DNA from: Carcharhinus amblyrhynchos
Taxonomy: Eukaryota
DNA length: 64,000 bases
Direction: 5' to 3'
NCBI GenBank assembly: GCA_965287045.1
Contig: OZ336873.1
Location: 110,546,001-110,610,000, forward strand
Below are positions 47,581 to 61,164 of the stretch, piece after piece. Position numbers and translations under genes: made by a program. The number at the start of each line of letters is the position of its first letter. Within the stretch, counting starts at the first letter, position 1. A model generated the notes under the pieces. It searched no databases, was not told the DNA's origin, and saw only the letters and a list, made by a program, of their open reading frames with translations.

Positions 47581-49392
47581 AGTGGGGGACTGTGACCCAT
47601 TATTTGAGTGGTGGAGGGGGGCAGGAGGCCCCTCTTTGCTGAGGGATGGTGGAGCTTCCCCGGATCCTCAGGGTCCAGAACCCCAGGCCCATGCTGGTCA
47701 TTGTCAACACCAACACCCATGTATTTCCCGTTGGAGACATCGGTGAATGGCAGAGTTTGTCAGGTGGGATTCACCCACCTGATGAATCCAAATATATGCA
47801 TCCTGAAAATCCCACCAGGCATCCAAAACTAGGTTATTTGTTTACAGGTTTAGTTGATGAGGCTGGGTTGATTTCACCACCATGTGTTTTTTTTTGTCTT
47901 TCTCCTTCATTCTAACATTCTGATCAAAGATCAACAACCTGAAACTTGGCCGTGATTCTCCCAAATTTGGACAAAGTGCCCACACCAGCAGCAAGTCTTT
48001 CCTGCTGGCCTGGCAGTGTGTTTCAGGTGAGATTCACTAATCTAATGCATCCAAATATATGCATCCTGGGAAATCTGCCAGCCAGATTGGCTCCCCCACC
48101 CTCCAAATGGAAATAATATCTCCCCCACCCTCCCCCCCTGCTGACCAAGAGAGCACCAACAACCCCTCCACAAAAGAGGGGCATCCTCCCTCTCACCCAC
48201 AAATAATGGGCTGTTCCCCTTTCACCATGTAGGCATGAGGGTGACCCAACCGCCTCCACTCAGGCACCCCCACACACATTCCCCCCTCGTCATTCAGATC
48301 CCAATTTAGCCTCCTTCCCCACTCATTCCCCCACTTATCCCCTCTTTCCTACTCAGATTCCCCATTTAGCTCCACCCCACGCTAACCCCTACTAACCCCC
48401 CTTTCCCCATTTAGACCCCCCTTCAACTTCCCACCTACCCAGATGTCCACTCAGGCTCATCTTCAGGCCAAGCACCTTGGGAGTACGAAGGTGATCTGTC
48501 CCCTGGCACTCTGGATGTCTGTCACTGACATCTTGACCTGATGCCTTGGGTGTTGAGGGAGGTGAAGGAGGTTGGTCCAGTGGCCATTTGCCTCTCTGCT
48601 ACTGCCAAGGCTGCCTGAAATCATCATGTCAGGGGTGATCGTCAGGTCTCCCAGGACTAGAAGTGGCAATCTAGCCTTGAGGCACCATTCCTGGGAGAGT
48701 GTGGCTCCTTTGCTCCCAGCCCAAGCCCAACCAACCCAAGGACCTTTGAGGGACTCTTACTCTGCAGCCTGGCAGTGGCAGAGGGAAAATGGCCACTGGA
48801 CCTATCTGACCTGCATGTGGGGCTTAAGGTGCCGACCGGGTATCAGTGCCAGTGTGCCAGAAGTAGCGGAGCTGAAGAGTGTCCTGGTGGGAGTCTGAGA
48901 GGGGAGGTGGGCTGAAGGGGAAGCTCTGTGGGGGGTGGGTCAGGTTGAGTCAGCCTCATGTCTGTGTGGTGTAGGCGAAGTGGGGGACTGTGACCCATTA
49001 TTTGAGTGGTGGAGGGGGGCAGGAGGCCCCTCTTTGCTGAGGGAATAGTGGAGCTTCCCCGGATCCTCAGGGTCCAGAACCCCAGGCCCATGCTGGTCAT
49101 TGTCAACACCAACACCCATGCATTTCCCACTGTAGATATAAGTGAATGGCAATGTTTGTCAGGTGGGATTCACCCACCTGATGAATCCACACATATGCAT
49201 CCTGAAAAACCCACCAGCCAGAATGCCCCCCTCAAAATGGAAATGATTTCCACCCCCCCCACCCCCCTCACTGACTAGGGAAGCACCAACAACTCCTCAC
49301 CAAAGAGGGACATCCTCCCTTTCACCCATAAATAATGAACCATCCCCCTCTCACTACGTAGGTATGAGGGTGACCTGTACCCATCCACTCCC
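47581..49392. repeat. Composite direct and inverted repeat cluster
   Basis: Direct pairs: 47581-47818 with 48979-49217, and 48022-48262 with 49157-49390. Inverted pair: 48150-48252 with 48940-49045. Confidence 0.85.
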
Positions 49393-49711
49393 AGGGCTGA
49401 GTGGGGGTCCGAGTAGGGGAGTTAAATAGGGGATGTGAGTAGGAAAGAGGGGATTAGTGTTGGGATATGAGTGGGGAATTGAGGGTCTGAATGATGAAGG
49501 GAAGATGAATGGGTTTGCATAATTATCAGGTTGCAGCCCACTACAGGAGGAAACTTGATTAGGGCCGATGGTCTGGACTGGGAAAAAATGCGATGGGCAC
49601 TTTTTTTTTGTTCAACATCCAATTCTCCAGGGTATCGCAATTCTCATCAGGAAAAATAAGCCTGGAAGATAACAGCCCCTCCTGCATGCACTGCATTTCT
49701 GTTTTGCCATT

Positions 49712-50325
49712 TCATAGAATCCCTACAGTACAGAAAGAGGCCATTCAGCCCATTGAACCTGTACTAGCAACAATCCCACTCTGGCCCTACCTGTGCAACT
49801 CCTTGCATCCACCCCTGACATCAAGGGGAATTTTGCATGGCCAGTCAACCTAACCAACATATTTTTGGCATGTGGGAGGAAACTGGAGCCCCCGGAGGAA
49901 AGCCGTGCAGACACGAGAAGAATATGCAAACTATTTGGGTGACACGGTAGCACAGTGGTTAGCACTGCTGCTTCACAGCTCCAGGGGCCTGGGTTCGATT
50001 CTCGGCTTGAGTCATTGTCTGTGTGGAGTTTGCATATTCTCCTCGTGTCTGCGTGGGTTTCCTCTGGGAGCTCCAGTCTCCTCCCACAGTCCAAAGATGC
50101 GTGGGTTAAGTTGATTGGCCATGCTAAAATTGCCCCTTAGTGTCCTGAGATGGGTAGGTTAGAGGAATTAGTGGGTAAAATATGTAGGGATATAGGGTTA
50201 GGGCCTGGGTGGGATTGTGGTTGGTGCGGACTCGATGGGTCGAATGACCTTTTTCTTTACTGTAGGGTTTCTATGATTTCTATGATTTCCGCTCAAGGCA
50301 GTCACCCAAGGCTGGAACTGAACAC
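49712..50325. mobile_element. + strand HE1 SINE (49935-50288) inserted in a - strand HE1 SINE
   Basis: The host breaks at gaatatgcaaact and resumes at ccgctcaaggcagtcacccaagg. Confidence 0.85.
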
Positions 50326-52880
50326 AAAGAAGGTGAAGAAGCTGATAAAGGAAGTTAGAATGGAATATGAATATCAAATAGGAAAGAGCATAAACTCAGA
50401 CTGTAAAAGAGAAGCTTTTGGCTAAGATGAATGTGGGTCCATTATAGGCAGAGACTGAAGAATTTCTAATGTGGAATAGGGAAATGGCCCGAGAAGCTAA
50501 ATAATTACTGAATCTCTGTTTTCAGTTACAAAAAATCTCTTAGTATTGGACATCCAAGGGAAGGATGAGAATTGAAGGAAAGTAGTATTAGTTAGAAGTT
50601 GTACTGGAGAAATAAATGGAATTGAAGAGTGATATATCCCCAGAGCCTGATTTTCTGCATCCCAGTATGTTGAAAGAAAAGATCATTTTCCAAAATTCTA
50701 TAGATTCAGGAATGGTTCCTGCAGATTGGAAGGTAGCAAATGTCAGCCCACTATTTACGAAGGGAGGGAGACAGAAAACAACGAGATCAGGACCTGTTTG
50801 CCTGACATTAATAGTAGGGAAAACACTGGAATCTATTATAAATGAACACTTTGATAAAATAATCTGATTAGACATTATCAATATGTTTGACGTACCTGTC
50901 AGAGTTTTGATAAAGGAGAGTGGGTGGACGTAGTATGCTTGGATTTTTACAAGGCTTTCAATAAAGTCACCCACATGAGTTGGTTAGCAAATAAAAGCAC
51001 ACAGGATAGGGAGCAATATACTGGCATAGATTAAGAACTGGTTAAAAGACAGAAAACAGAGAGTAGAGATAAACAAGTCATTCTCATGTTGGCAGGCTGT
51101 GACAAGTGGGGCACAGCAAGGATCAATATTTGGGCCACAGCTGTTCACAATGTGTGGGAACAAACATAAGGGACGGGATTTTACAGCCTCATTCGTCCTG
51201 CAACCATAAAATTCCACACAAGGTCAACAAACCTTTCCATTGTTTGCCCCACGGCCACTCCAATTCCCGTGGTGGGTGCTGCAGTAAAATTCCAGGCAAT
51301 ATTTCCAAGTTTATAGCAGGAATGTGCATTGTAAGGAAGATGCAAAGTAGCTGTAAGGGGATTTGTACAGGCATAGTGAATGATGAGAAGATGGCAGATG
51401 GAAAGTAATGTGGGAAAATATGAGGCAATCCATTTTGTTGGGAGGAATAGATGAGCACAGCATTTCCTAAATGGTAAAAGATTAGAAAGTGTAGATGTAC
51501 AAAGGAACTTGGGTGATCTCATCAATAAGTGAAAACTGACACGCACGCGCAGCAAGTGGCACGATGGCACAATGGTTAGCATTGATGCCTCACAGCTCCG
51601 GGGACCTGGATTCAACTCTCCGTTTGGGTCACTATCTGTGTGGAGTTTGCACATTTTCCTTGTGTGTGTGTGAGCTCCCTCTGGAGCTCTGGTTTCCTCC
51701 CATAGTCCAAAGATGTGCGGGTTAGGTGCATTGGACATGCTTAATTACCACTTAGTGTCCTGGGAAGTGTAGGTTTGAAAGATTAGCAGGGTAAATATGT
51801 GGGGCAAAGGCCTAAGTGGGATTGGTGTTGGTGCAGATTTTATGGGCCAAATGATCTCCTTCTGTACTGTAGGGTTTTCTATGGCTTCTAAGCAAGTTGA
51901 AAGGTGAATGGTATGTTAGCTTTTATCGCATTAGGATTTGAGTGCAGAAGTAACAGCGTCTTGCTTCAAATGTATATAACTTTGGTTAGGCCACACATGG
52001 AGTACTGTGTACGGTTTTGGTCCTCTTATTTTAGGAAGGATATTATTGCTGTCATGGGAATGCAAAGAAGGTTCACCTGGATTATTCTGGAAAGGTGGTA
52101 TTGTCCTATCAAGAGAGGTTGAGGAACCTGGGCCTGTACTCTCTGGAGTTTCAAAGAAAGAGAGGCGATCTCATTGAAGCCTACAAAATACTTAAAGGAA
52201 TAGCCAGGATAGATGCAGGTAAGATGTTTCCCCTGGTTAAGGAGTCTAAGACAGGGAGGCATAGTTTCAAAATAAGGGGGAAGTCACTTTGGGCTGAGAA
52301 GAGGAGAAATGATTATAGGTGGCATGGTGGCACAGTGGTTAGCACTGCTGCCTCACAGCGCCAGTGACCCAGATTCACATTCCGGGCTCAGACCACCAAC
52401 TGTACAGAGTTTGCACATACTCCCCATGTCTGCTTGGGTTTCCTTCGGGTGCTCCGGTTTCCTCCCACACTCCAATAATGTGCATGTTAGGTTGATTGGC
52501 CGTGCTAAATTGTCCATTAATATAAGAGGACTTGCAGGGTAAATATGTGGGGTTACAGGAATAGGCTTAGATGGGATTGTGATTGGTGGAGATTCGATGG
52601 ACCAAGTGGCCTCCTTCTGCGCTGCAGGGATTCTATGATCAAAGATCTATGATTTTACTCAGAGGTCTGTGAATCTTTGGGATTTTCTCCTCCAGAGCTC
52701 AATCATTGAATATGTTTAAAGCAGTGATTGACAGGCTTCTAAATGCCAATGACATAAAGGGATTTGGTGTTAGTGTGGAAAAAAGGCATTGAAATGGATG
52801 ATCAGCCATGATCATATTGAATGGCAGAGCAAGTGCAATGGGCTGAATGCCTACCCCTCCATCAATGTTCCTATGTTATT
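50326..52880 (+). mobile_element. Long degraded CR1 ORF2 fragment with a MITE (51172-51300) and two HE1 SINEs (51556-51890, 52317-52650)
   Basis: SPEPDFLHP..DSGMVPADWKVANVSPLF; LVRPHMEYCVRFWS; RGDLIEAYKI. Confidence 0.9.
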
Positions 52881-54944
52881 TTCACTTTGTTTATTCGAAC
52901 AAGGTTAATGATTAAATTTATAAAATTACTTACAAGATCCAAGTAGCTTTCTTGTTAAAATATTTGGGTTTGTTTCAGGATAACATTTTATCAGGTTAAA
53001 TCGCAATAAAAGACTGGCAGAAGGAAATTTTCCTGGATTTGCCAACATCCTTACGGGTAGATGCTTATTGAATCCTACACAACTAAACTATTGAGTTTCC
53101 ATCTGCCTCGATAGTCTGATATCATCCTTAGCTGTTTAGATTAAATGTGTTTCTTTTTCTACCCATCATATGACATTTTTATGTTGTATTAACGTAAGGA
53201 TAAATGTTCATGTTTTAGCGCTCCTGGCGAGAAGTAAACTGCTAGTCATTAACTTGCAGGGCAGTTACCCGGATCTCCTGTTTAGTGAAACAAATGATTG
53301 GAAAATGTGGGGCAGCAAGCTTACAATTTCTCTACCTTGTGAATCCTGTTCCTTGCTGGATTGGCCATTTGCCACCCCATAAGCATTCAGGCTCGATTTA
53401 ATGAAAATTCACAAAGGAAAGGGTCATGCAATGTGTTGGGCCATGTTTTCATTCAGCGTCGCTGTTTTCCTTTTTTTTCACAATTATGTAGCACTTATTT
53501 ACTGACTTATTATTTACAGATTTAGTCCTCTCTATCAGCAGCAGCTCTTTTCTTGCTTGTTTTCTTTCTTATTTCTTGTCCCTTGGCTTTTTTCCCTCCT
53601 TTTGCAACACAGAACAACACAGCATAGAAGGAGGCCATTCAGCCTATCATATTTCATAGAATCTACAGCACGGAGACAGATCCTTTGGCCCAAACTAGTC
53701 CACACCAACCAAAATGCCTATATGTGTTGGTGCAAGTTTTTTGAAAGAGTTGTCCAATTTGTCTCAATCCAGCAAAGCTCTTTAAATTTCTTCTTTGTCG
53801 GTACATATCCCATTTGATACTGAAAGTTACTGCAGAATCTGCTTTCCACTGCCCTGGTTAGGTGCATTGACCTGAACAGACACCAGACTGTGGCAACTAG
53901 TGGAATTTCACAGTAACTTCATTGTGATGTTAATGTGAGTCTTATTTGTGACTAATAAATAAACATTAACTTTACTTTTTAACTTTCAGGTGGTGCATTC
54001 CAAGTGACAGCAACTTTCTGTATAAAACAGTTTATACCACTTTGCCCCATAGATTTTTAGATAATTTAAAGAGATTTCTGAGATGTGATTACTGACCCTC
54101 TGGGATTCTTGGCCTTCCCTCTACTTTCCATTGTTTGTCAACCTCCTCCACCTCCCTGACCCTTCACCTTCCATCGTGCCCTCTCACCCTTCCCCCACCT
54201 GCTTTTGCACATCCCTCCTTCCTCATTGTCCCCACTGTGCTCATCAACACCACCCTCAGCTCACAGCTCACCTCACACCTCACCCACAGGTAAACTTCAG
54301 CCAGTCAAAGTGGAGAGCGCATGAGTCCCATGGCACATTGTTGTCTATACAGGCAATAGTGATAGGCATCAGGAGCAGAAGGTCCTGCTGTCCACAACTC
54401 CTGGTGTGGCACTGGTCAGAGTCAGTACAAGTGGAGGATCCATGGGTCCAGCAGCACAGTGCTGTGCATAAAGACAAGCTCAGCATGGAGCTAGAGGGCT
54501 GCCCCTGAGCACTGTGGGGTTCTTTGTGAGCCCCCTCACAATAGGACATGCCTTGCGGCTCATGCTGCTGCTCAGTTGTCTGGATGACTGTGGACTTCTG
54601 GTGCTTGCAGTGTTTTCATGGACAAACGTAAGCGGTAGCAGAGTATATTTGACTCATTTTGAATGTCAAGATTTGAAGAAATGATGGAATTGAGATCTGT
54701 AGCAGGTTGTTGGGAGAGACCAAGTTCCCTTTCCCATTGTAGTGATCCCTGTTCTCTCCAGCCAACTTGCAGTCTCCTTGGATTCGGTCATTGCCAATAT
54801 TTCAGTTGTCCTCCCCCCCTGTTTGAATTCACTCTCGCTTGTTGTGTGCCTGTTTGGCCTGTATGAGGATGTAAGAAAGGCATGTGATCAGAGGGGATGG
54901 AGCAGAAGTTGAGTTAATTGCATGTCCCCCTCCCAAGAAGATTT

Positions 54945-55330
54945 TATTTGATTTGATTTGTTATTGTCAAATGTATTTACAGTGAAAGGTATTATTTTTT
55001 GCACGCTATACAGGAAAAGCATAACGTTCATAGAGAAGGAAATGAGAGAGTGCAAAATGTAGTGTTACAGTCATAGCTAGGGTGTAGAGAAAGGTTGACT
55101 TAATAAAAGATAGATCCATTCAAAAGACTGATAGCAGCAGGGAAGAAGCTGTTCTTGAGTCAGTTGGTACCTGACCTCAGACTTTTGATGTTTTTTCCTG
55201 ATTGAAGAAGGTGGAAGAGAAAAAGGGTGCGTGGGATCCTTAATTATGCTGGCTGCTTTTCCAAGGCAGCAGGAAGTGTAAACAGAGTCAATGGACGGGA
55301 GGCTGGTTTGTGTGATGGGCTGTGTTTTGT
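54945..55330 (-). mobile_element. Rex1/Babar-type LINE 3' fragment
   Basis: QTSLPSIDSVYTSCCLGKAASIIKDPTHP; (ATTTG)n tail on the + strand. Confidence 0.87.
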
Positions 55331-55949
55331 TCCACCAGAGTTGCCTGTCAGCGCACTTGGACAAAATGATGGAGAATTTTGCCCTTTAGCTCTGTCCCCT
55401 CTTTACTAATGCTGCCAGACCTGTGGAGCATTACCTTCAAAGATTTGTTGTGTTACATCTGATTTCTCAATCCACTTGCAGCTTTCCTTTACATCTGGGT
55501 CCCTTCAATTGTGTGAGTGATCTTTGACCTGAATACTTTGGAATTTACAGTTTCAAACACTGATATACAAATCCTTGACCTGAGTGCCTTTCGAACAACT
55601 GCTATTTATATCAACAGCTTATCCACACAATGCATTCACAATATGCTGGCAGCAGGTTAGCTTGACAATGACCTGCATCTATATTCTCTGTGTACTCTTG
55701 AGTGCCTCACAGCTGACCAACGCATTTACTGAGTTCTCAAAGATCTAAATATTTGAGTGGAGCTGCATAACAACATTGCTGTAGCACTCACTACCATCCT
55801 GCCTGCAGAAGAGGAGAACACTTGATGTTGAGCATAAGTGGATGATTTTATGTGACACTGCACTACTTTTAATATTGTGTGCTTTGTGAAGAAACACTCA
55901 CGCATTTATTTGATGGAAAAAATACAGATGTAGGCATGCTTCTCTGTAG

Positions 55950-57800
55950 GAAGGGTAGAGTACGTGTAATCATATTGGCTAATCCCAAATTAGTGTCCAT
56001 GAACTCCCGCCTGAAGAACTTCAGTCACAATTGTACCTGAATAGAAAAATAATAGTGTGATATGAAAATCAAAAGAAAACTGTGTGCATTTGCTGACCAG
56101 TGGGATGCCCAATACACTTGCCAAATGGTCTGAAGGAAGTTTATGAACCAAGTTACATGATTTCTACTTCCTAGAAAATAAAGTCACCATAATCTCAGAC
56201 TTCTGTATGAATCACAAAAACTCAGTTTGCAGGTGCAGCAGGTAATCAAAAAGGCAAATGGAATGTTGGCCTTTATCGCGAGAGGGATGGAGTACAAAAG
56301 CAGGGAGGTCATGCTGCAATTGTACAAGGTACTGGTGAGGCTGCACCTAGAGGACTGTGTACAATTTATTCCCCTTATTTAAGAAAGGATATATTAGCTT
56401 TGGAGGGGGTGCAGAGAAGGTTCACTGGGTTGATTCCAGAGATGAGGGGGTTAGCTTATGAGAAGAGATTGAGTAGACTGGGCCTGTACTCATTGGAGTT
56501 TAGATGGTTGAGGGAACATCTTATAGAGACATACAAGATAATGAAGGGGCTAGACAGGGTAGAAGCAGTGAGGTTATTTCCACTTACAATGGCAACAAGA
56601 ACTAGGGGGCATAGCCTCAAAATACGGGGGAGTCAATTTAGAACAGAATTGAGGAGGAACGTCTTCAACTAGAGGGTAGTGAATCTTTGGAATTCTCTGC
56701 CCAATGAAGCAGTAGAGGTTACCTTGTTAAATGTGTTTAAGTCACAGATAGATTTTTGACCAATAAGGGAATTAAGGGTTATGGGGAATGAGCGGGTAAG
56801 TGGAACTGAACCCACTATCAGATCAGCCATGATCTTATTGAATGGCGGAGCAATCTCGAGGGGCTAGGTGGCCTACTCCTGCTTCTATTTCTCTTGTTCT
56901 TTATGTTCTTATGACCATAGGTTGTTCTCCCCTTTGAGAAGGGGAGCTGGTTGGTGGTTATTTAACCTGAGGATAACCACACCTCAGGCGCGGAGCAAGG
57001 TTGAGAAGGCATAACCTCAGCTGGTATAGGAATTGAACCCGTGCTGTTGGCATCGTTCCATAAACTAACTGCCTAGCCACTACGTTAAACCAATTCCCAA
57101 AAGATAAAATCTTTATTCTGGTAACCAGATGAAAAGGCCAGAGCCATGGTGATAGCTGTTGGGCATCTCCCTTAACTGTCAACTGTTATGAAGATTCTGT
57201 CTAGGATGTCACTCTATTACCATTTCACGAGTGTTTCAGTCAATGTATTTCCAAAAACACACTGGGCCCAGAACAATAACAGATACAATCAATATCCTTA
57301 TTGTCATGTGTCAAATGCGGGCAAAAAGTAGGGAATAGAGAATGGATCTCAACTCAGTCTTCAGTGGCCTGACACAAGCGGTAAGCACAAGCTGAATGCC
57401 TGGACTGTGTAAAAAATTGTCCGATCTGGATGTCAAGAAAGATATATTAGATTGTTTGCTCTCTGCATGATTGTATTTTTTTGACAAAGTGTATATACAT
57501 TGGTACCTTTCCAAACAAATTAAAATTACTAGCTTATTTGATATATTATTTTTGCAACAGTGATTGATGATCTTACAAAAGTTCTCAATGAGGTTGTTTG
57601 CATTAGATTTCTATTCAGCTGTAGACTCATCATATTGATCATTAGACCGAGGGATTTTGACTGAAGCTATTGAGGAAGCTATTCCTGAATTCCTCTTTGT
57701 TGTTGCGAACAGGCTCAGAGCAATGGTGCAGAATCAGCAAACTGAAGTCTAGTTGTGTCTTGTCCCCTAATCATTAGAATGGCCTCTGTTAACAATGGGC
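55950..57800 (+). mobile_element. Ancient RTE-clade LINE relic hosting a SINE and a CR1
   Basis: FADQWD..GLKEVYEP (56090-56150); LSTVMKILSR; CQMRAKSRE*RMDLNSVFSGLTQA, resembling RTE RQLQEKCREQN.DLY.VFIDLTKA. Confidence 0.7.
56201..56912 (+). mobile_element. 5'-truncated CR1 of the same family as 1815-5898, inserted in a - strand SINE (56178-56200, 56912-57092)
   Basis: Colinear with 5190-5898; TTCTTATG tail. Confidence 0.92.
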
Positions 57801-58494
57801 TGTCAAGTGCTGGGTTACTTAAACAATGAGTCTCTGTCTTTACTGTATTCAATAGGTCTGGAAGCTATGTCTGGAAGTATTGCCCTGAATTGTATATTGG
57901 GTTGCTAATGATTTTGCTTACCTTCATACAACTAAATCTATAAGTTTATAACTAAATAATCTACTGATTGTAACAATATTGACAGTTTTAGTAAGATTAA
58001 TGAAAATGAGGGAAATCATGCAGCCTAATTTAACTCAAACATAAATAGAAAACATGCAGAAAGGCTTTATAATCTTCTCACCTTTCAATAAACTATCCAA
58101 ATTTCAGAGGCCAGCCAAATAATAGACAAAATTAAGGAATGCAAGTTAATGAAAGGTGAAGAAGACCATTGGTTCATTTTGATTTATCCTTCTAGAAAGA
58201 TTCTCTACATTCCCCAGACAGTATCTAGTCAATCCCAATGGTTTTACATTTCTTGCCTCCACTATTTTGTTTGAGAATTCATTCCAAAAGAGCAACTTTA
58301 AAGTAAGCATGTTACGCAAATTGGATTTTCTCATTACCAATGTAGCTAGGTTCTGTAGGGCGTCTGTCATTAGAAAAAAAATGAAAATATTACCCCCTGT
58401 AAGTTGAAATACTTTACATTGTTAAATTCCTCTATTTGTAAATGAAAATGAAATAAATTTTAAAACATAAAATAAATATTCTGATTCCTTCTAC

Positions 58495-58876
58495 TTAGCA
58501 TGGTGAGGCCACTTCTGGCATATTGTGAGCAGTTTTGGTCCTCTTATTTATTTGTTTGAAGGCAGTTCAGAAAACTAGGGGGCATGGCCTCAAAATAGAG
58601 GCCATTTAGCTCTGAGTTGAGGAGGAACTTCTTCACACAAAGGGTTGTGAATCTGTGGAATTTGTTGCCCAGTGAAGCAGTTGAGGCTACCTCATTGAAT
58701 GATTTTAAGGCAAGGATAGATAAATTTTTGAATAGTAAAGGAATTAAGGGCGATGGTGAGCGAGCGGGTAAGTGGAGCTGTGTCCACAAAAAGATCAGCC
58801 ATGATTTTATTAAATGGCAGAGCAGGCTCAATGGGCCAGATGGCCTACTCCTGGTCCTAGTTCTTATATTCTTTTG
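58495..58876 (+). mobile_element. CR1 3' fragment with an internal deletion
   Basis: RRNFFTQRVVNLWNLLPSEAVEA. Confidence 0.88.
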
Positions 58877-59234
58877 TGACCCTAGCCAGGATTCTCCGGT
58901 CCTACTGCAGTGAATGGAGATTTGGTTGAGCACCAAATTCTCTGTTCTCCATGCCAACAGTAGCGGGACTTGTTCACATCTTTGGCACTTTGCAAAGTAA
59001 AATAAAATTTATTTATTAGCCACAAGTAAGGCTTACATTAGCATTGCAATGAAGTTACTGTAAAATTCCCCTAGTCACCACACTGCGGCCTTGTTTGGGT
59101 CAATGCATCTAACCAGTACATCTTTCAGCACGTCTTTGACTCAATTTCTTTGCTCTTCTCTGCAGTACCACCAATGTTTGAATGTGTGGGTCATTTATCA
59201 GCAGCCTGAACTATGAACGGACTGAACGTGCTAT

Positions 59235-60168
59235 ACTTTACCATTTTGATTCTAAGTGCTGAGCGGACTTGAAACTGGGAGTGTTTCAGATCTGACTTTT
59301 AGACCTGTTCTGAAGCACCCCCATACGATCAGTGAATCTGAATCACACTGCAGAAGCCTGTGGGCAGGCCTTAACACGCCCGATACCCTGCAGCTCCAAT
59401 CAGTGCCTCCAACTTTGCAAGTGCAGAATAACAATGACAGAAAGTCGCTCCCCAGCCACATCACCCCCGGGCCAGATAATGCCTTCCCCTGACCCCCACA
59501 GACATTGCCCCACCCCCAAAACATTACTGATCCCCTTATCCTCCCACCCCCTCCGCCATCCAGAACTGATTGCGGCCCCCCAAAATATTACAGATCCCCT
59601 TATCCTCCCACCCCCTCCGCCATCCAGAACTGATTGCGGCCCCACCTCCCCTTCTTCCCCCATTGATCTCAGGCAGAGTGGCAGTGGACCCCTTTTCACC
59701 CCCACTGATCTCAGGTAGAGTGAGTCACACTCCTCCTTCCCCCCTCCCCAACTGATGTCAGGCAGAGTGGCAGTGGGCCCACCTTCCCCCTCCCCGTCCC
59801 ACACACTGATCTCAAGCAGAGAGCTGTCAGACGCTTGGCACTTACCTCCTCCCTAACTAGAGTGCCCAGATCGGACTTATAGGAACATATTTGTTTCGTG
59901 CTGATTCTGGATGGGCGAACGCGGTGGTAAAGGAGGAAATGCCAGTAAAATTGGGCAGCCCATTAAGTCAATTTGAATGCATGAAAATGCATTTAAGTGG
60001 CTGTTGCTTCTGTTTCAGGCTTGGTCCTGATTACAGCCATTTCCGAGTCTTGGTAAAGGGGGAACAAGTGTGGAGGCTGGCGTGGATCGCACTACTCGCC
60101 TCATGCCCAACTTTACCAAGTTTTCGTGCCTAAAAACGGGAGCAACACTATGTTAAAATTGGGCCCTA
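59235..60168. mobile_element. GC-rich non-autonomous DNA-transposon-like element with internal tandem repeats
   Basis: Imperfect inverted ends (tttaccat / atgttaaaattgggccc); duplicated unit of about 56 nt at 59525-59580 and 59588-59644; repeated gatctcaggcagagtg. Confidence 0.6.
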
Positions 60169-60247
60169 TGACTTGATGGTGGCCTCTCACATTATTTTAG
60201 CTGTGCAATTCAATATTCAGCTGGCTTTACTGGCTGCTGCTCTACAA

Positions 60248-60775
60248 TTTTTTCTACAAAAATATACTTTATGTATAAAATTTCTAAAAGTACCTTACAT
60301 AACAGCTCAGAATTGATATTATATAAAGTGCAATAGAGAACAGTTTCTTTCATTACAGTACATGAGGTGGTTCACTACACTTGTCATTACAATTTATATC
60401 TACAATGCATATTTACATTTCATGGCAAACATTCTTTGGTGCATACAGCCCAAGGAAATTTACATGGATGACAGCCTCTCCGCATATTTTGATTAGAGGG
60501 CCTCAGACAATGGTCCTTCTCCATTGAGCCTTTGCAATGGCTGTCTCAAGCCTTACTGCATCTCTCAGCATGTAGTCCTGGAGTTTGGAATGTGTCAGTC
60601 TGCAAGACTCAGTCACTGAAAGCTCTTTGCACAGAAGGCAGTAGTATTCAAGCAGAGCAAAGACTGTCTTTCCCTGAGTGGTAGTTCTCCAGTACCAGTT
60701 GATGTATGCCTCAATGAGTGACCCTGGGAACAGCGCATGGAGCACATAGCCTTATGTTATGGAGCTGCTAGGAAC
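60248..60775 (-). mobile_element. Tx1/L1-clade LINE 3' fragment
   Basis: LFPGSLIEAYINWYWRT..CKELSVTESCRLTHSKLQDYMLRDAVRL..AKAQW; tail ataaagtatatttttgtagaaaaa. Confidence 0.8.
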
Positions 60776-60864
60776 TTTTTTTATAAGGCCGTCATGGGAT
60801 GCGTGTGTCACTTGCAAAGCCAGCATTTGTTGTGCACTGTACTTTTTAACAACTGCGGTCCATT

Positions 60865-61164
60865 TAAAAGTTAAAGTTTATTTATTAGTCACAAGTCAGC
60901 TTACAATAACACTGCAATGAAGTTACTGTGAAAATCTCGCAGTCGCCATACTCCGGTGCCTGTTTGGGTACACTGGGGGAGAATTTAGCATGGCCAATGC
61001 ACCTAACCAGCATGTCTTTCAGACTGGGAGAGGAAACCGGAGCACCCGGAGGAAACCCACGCGGATACGGGGAGAATGTGCAAACTCCACACAGACAGTG
61101 ACCCAAACCAGGAATTGAACCTGGGTTCCTGGCGCTATGAGGCAGCAGTGCTAACCACTGTGCA
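60865..61164 (-). mobile_element. HE1-type SINE (well preserved)
   Basis: Head, V core and tail. Confidence 0.92.

Noticed and set aside
55792-55802. Minus-strand 11-nt microexon-like string (ctcttctgcag..gtgagt)
   Set aside because: Not a multiple of 3, and exon A has no evident acceptor to receive it.
57205-57386. Plus-strand exon candidate ending GCG|gtaagc
   Set aside because: It translates to decayed RTE reverse transcriptase.
59525-59800. Spaced repeats as a CRISPR-like array
   Set aside because: Eukaryotic context, irregular spacing, low-complexity spacers; these are internal repeats of a transposon-like element.
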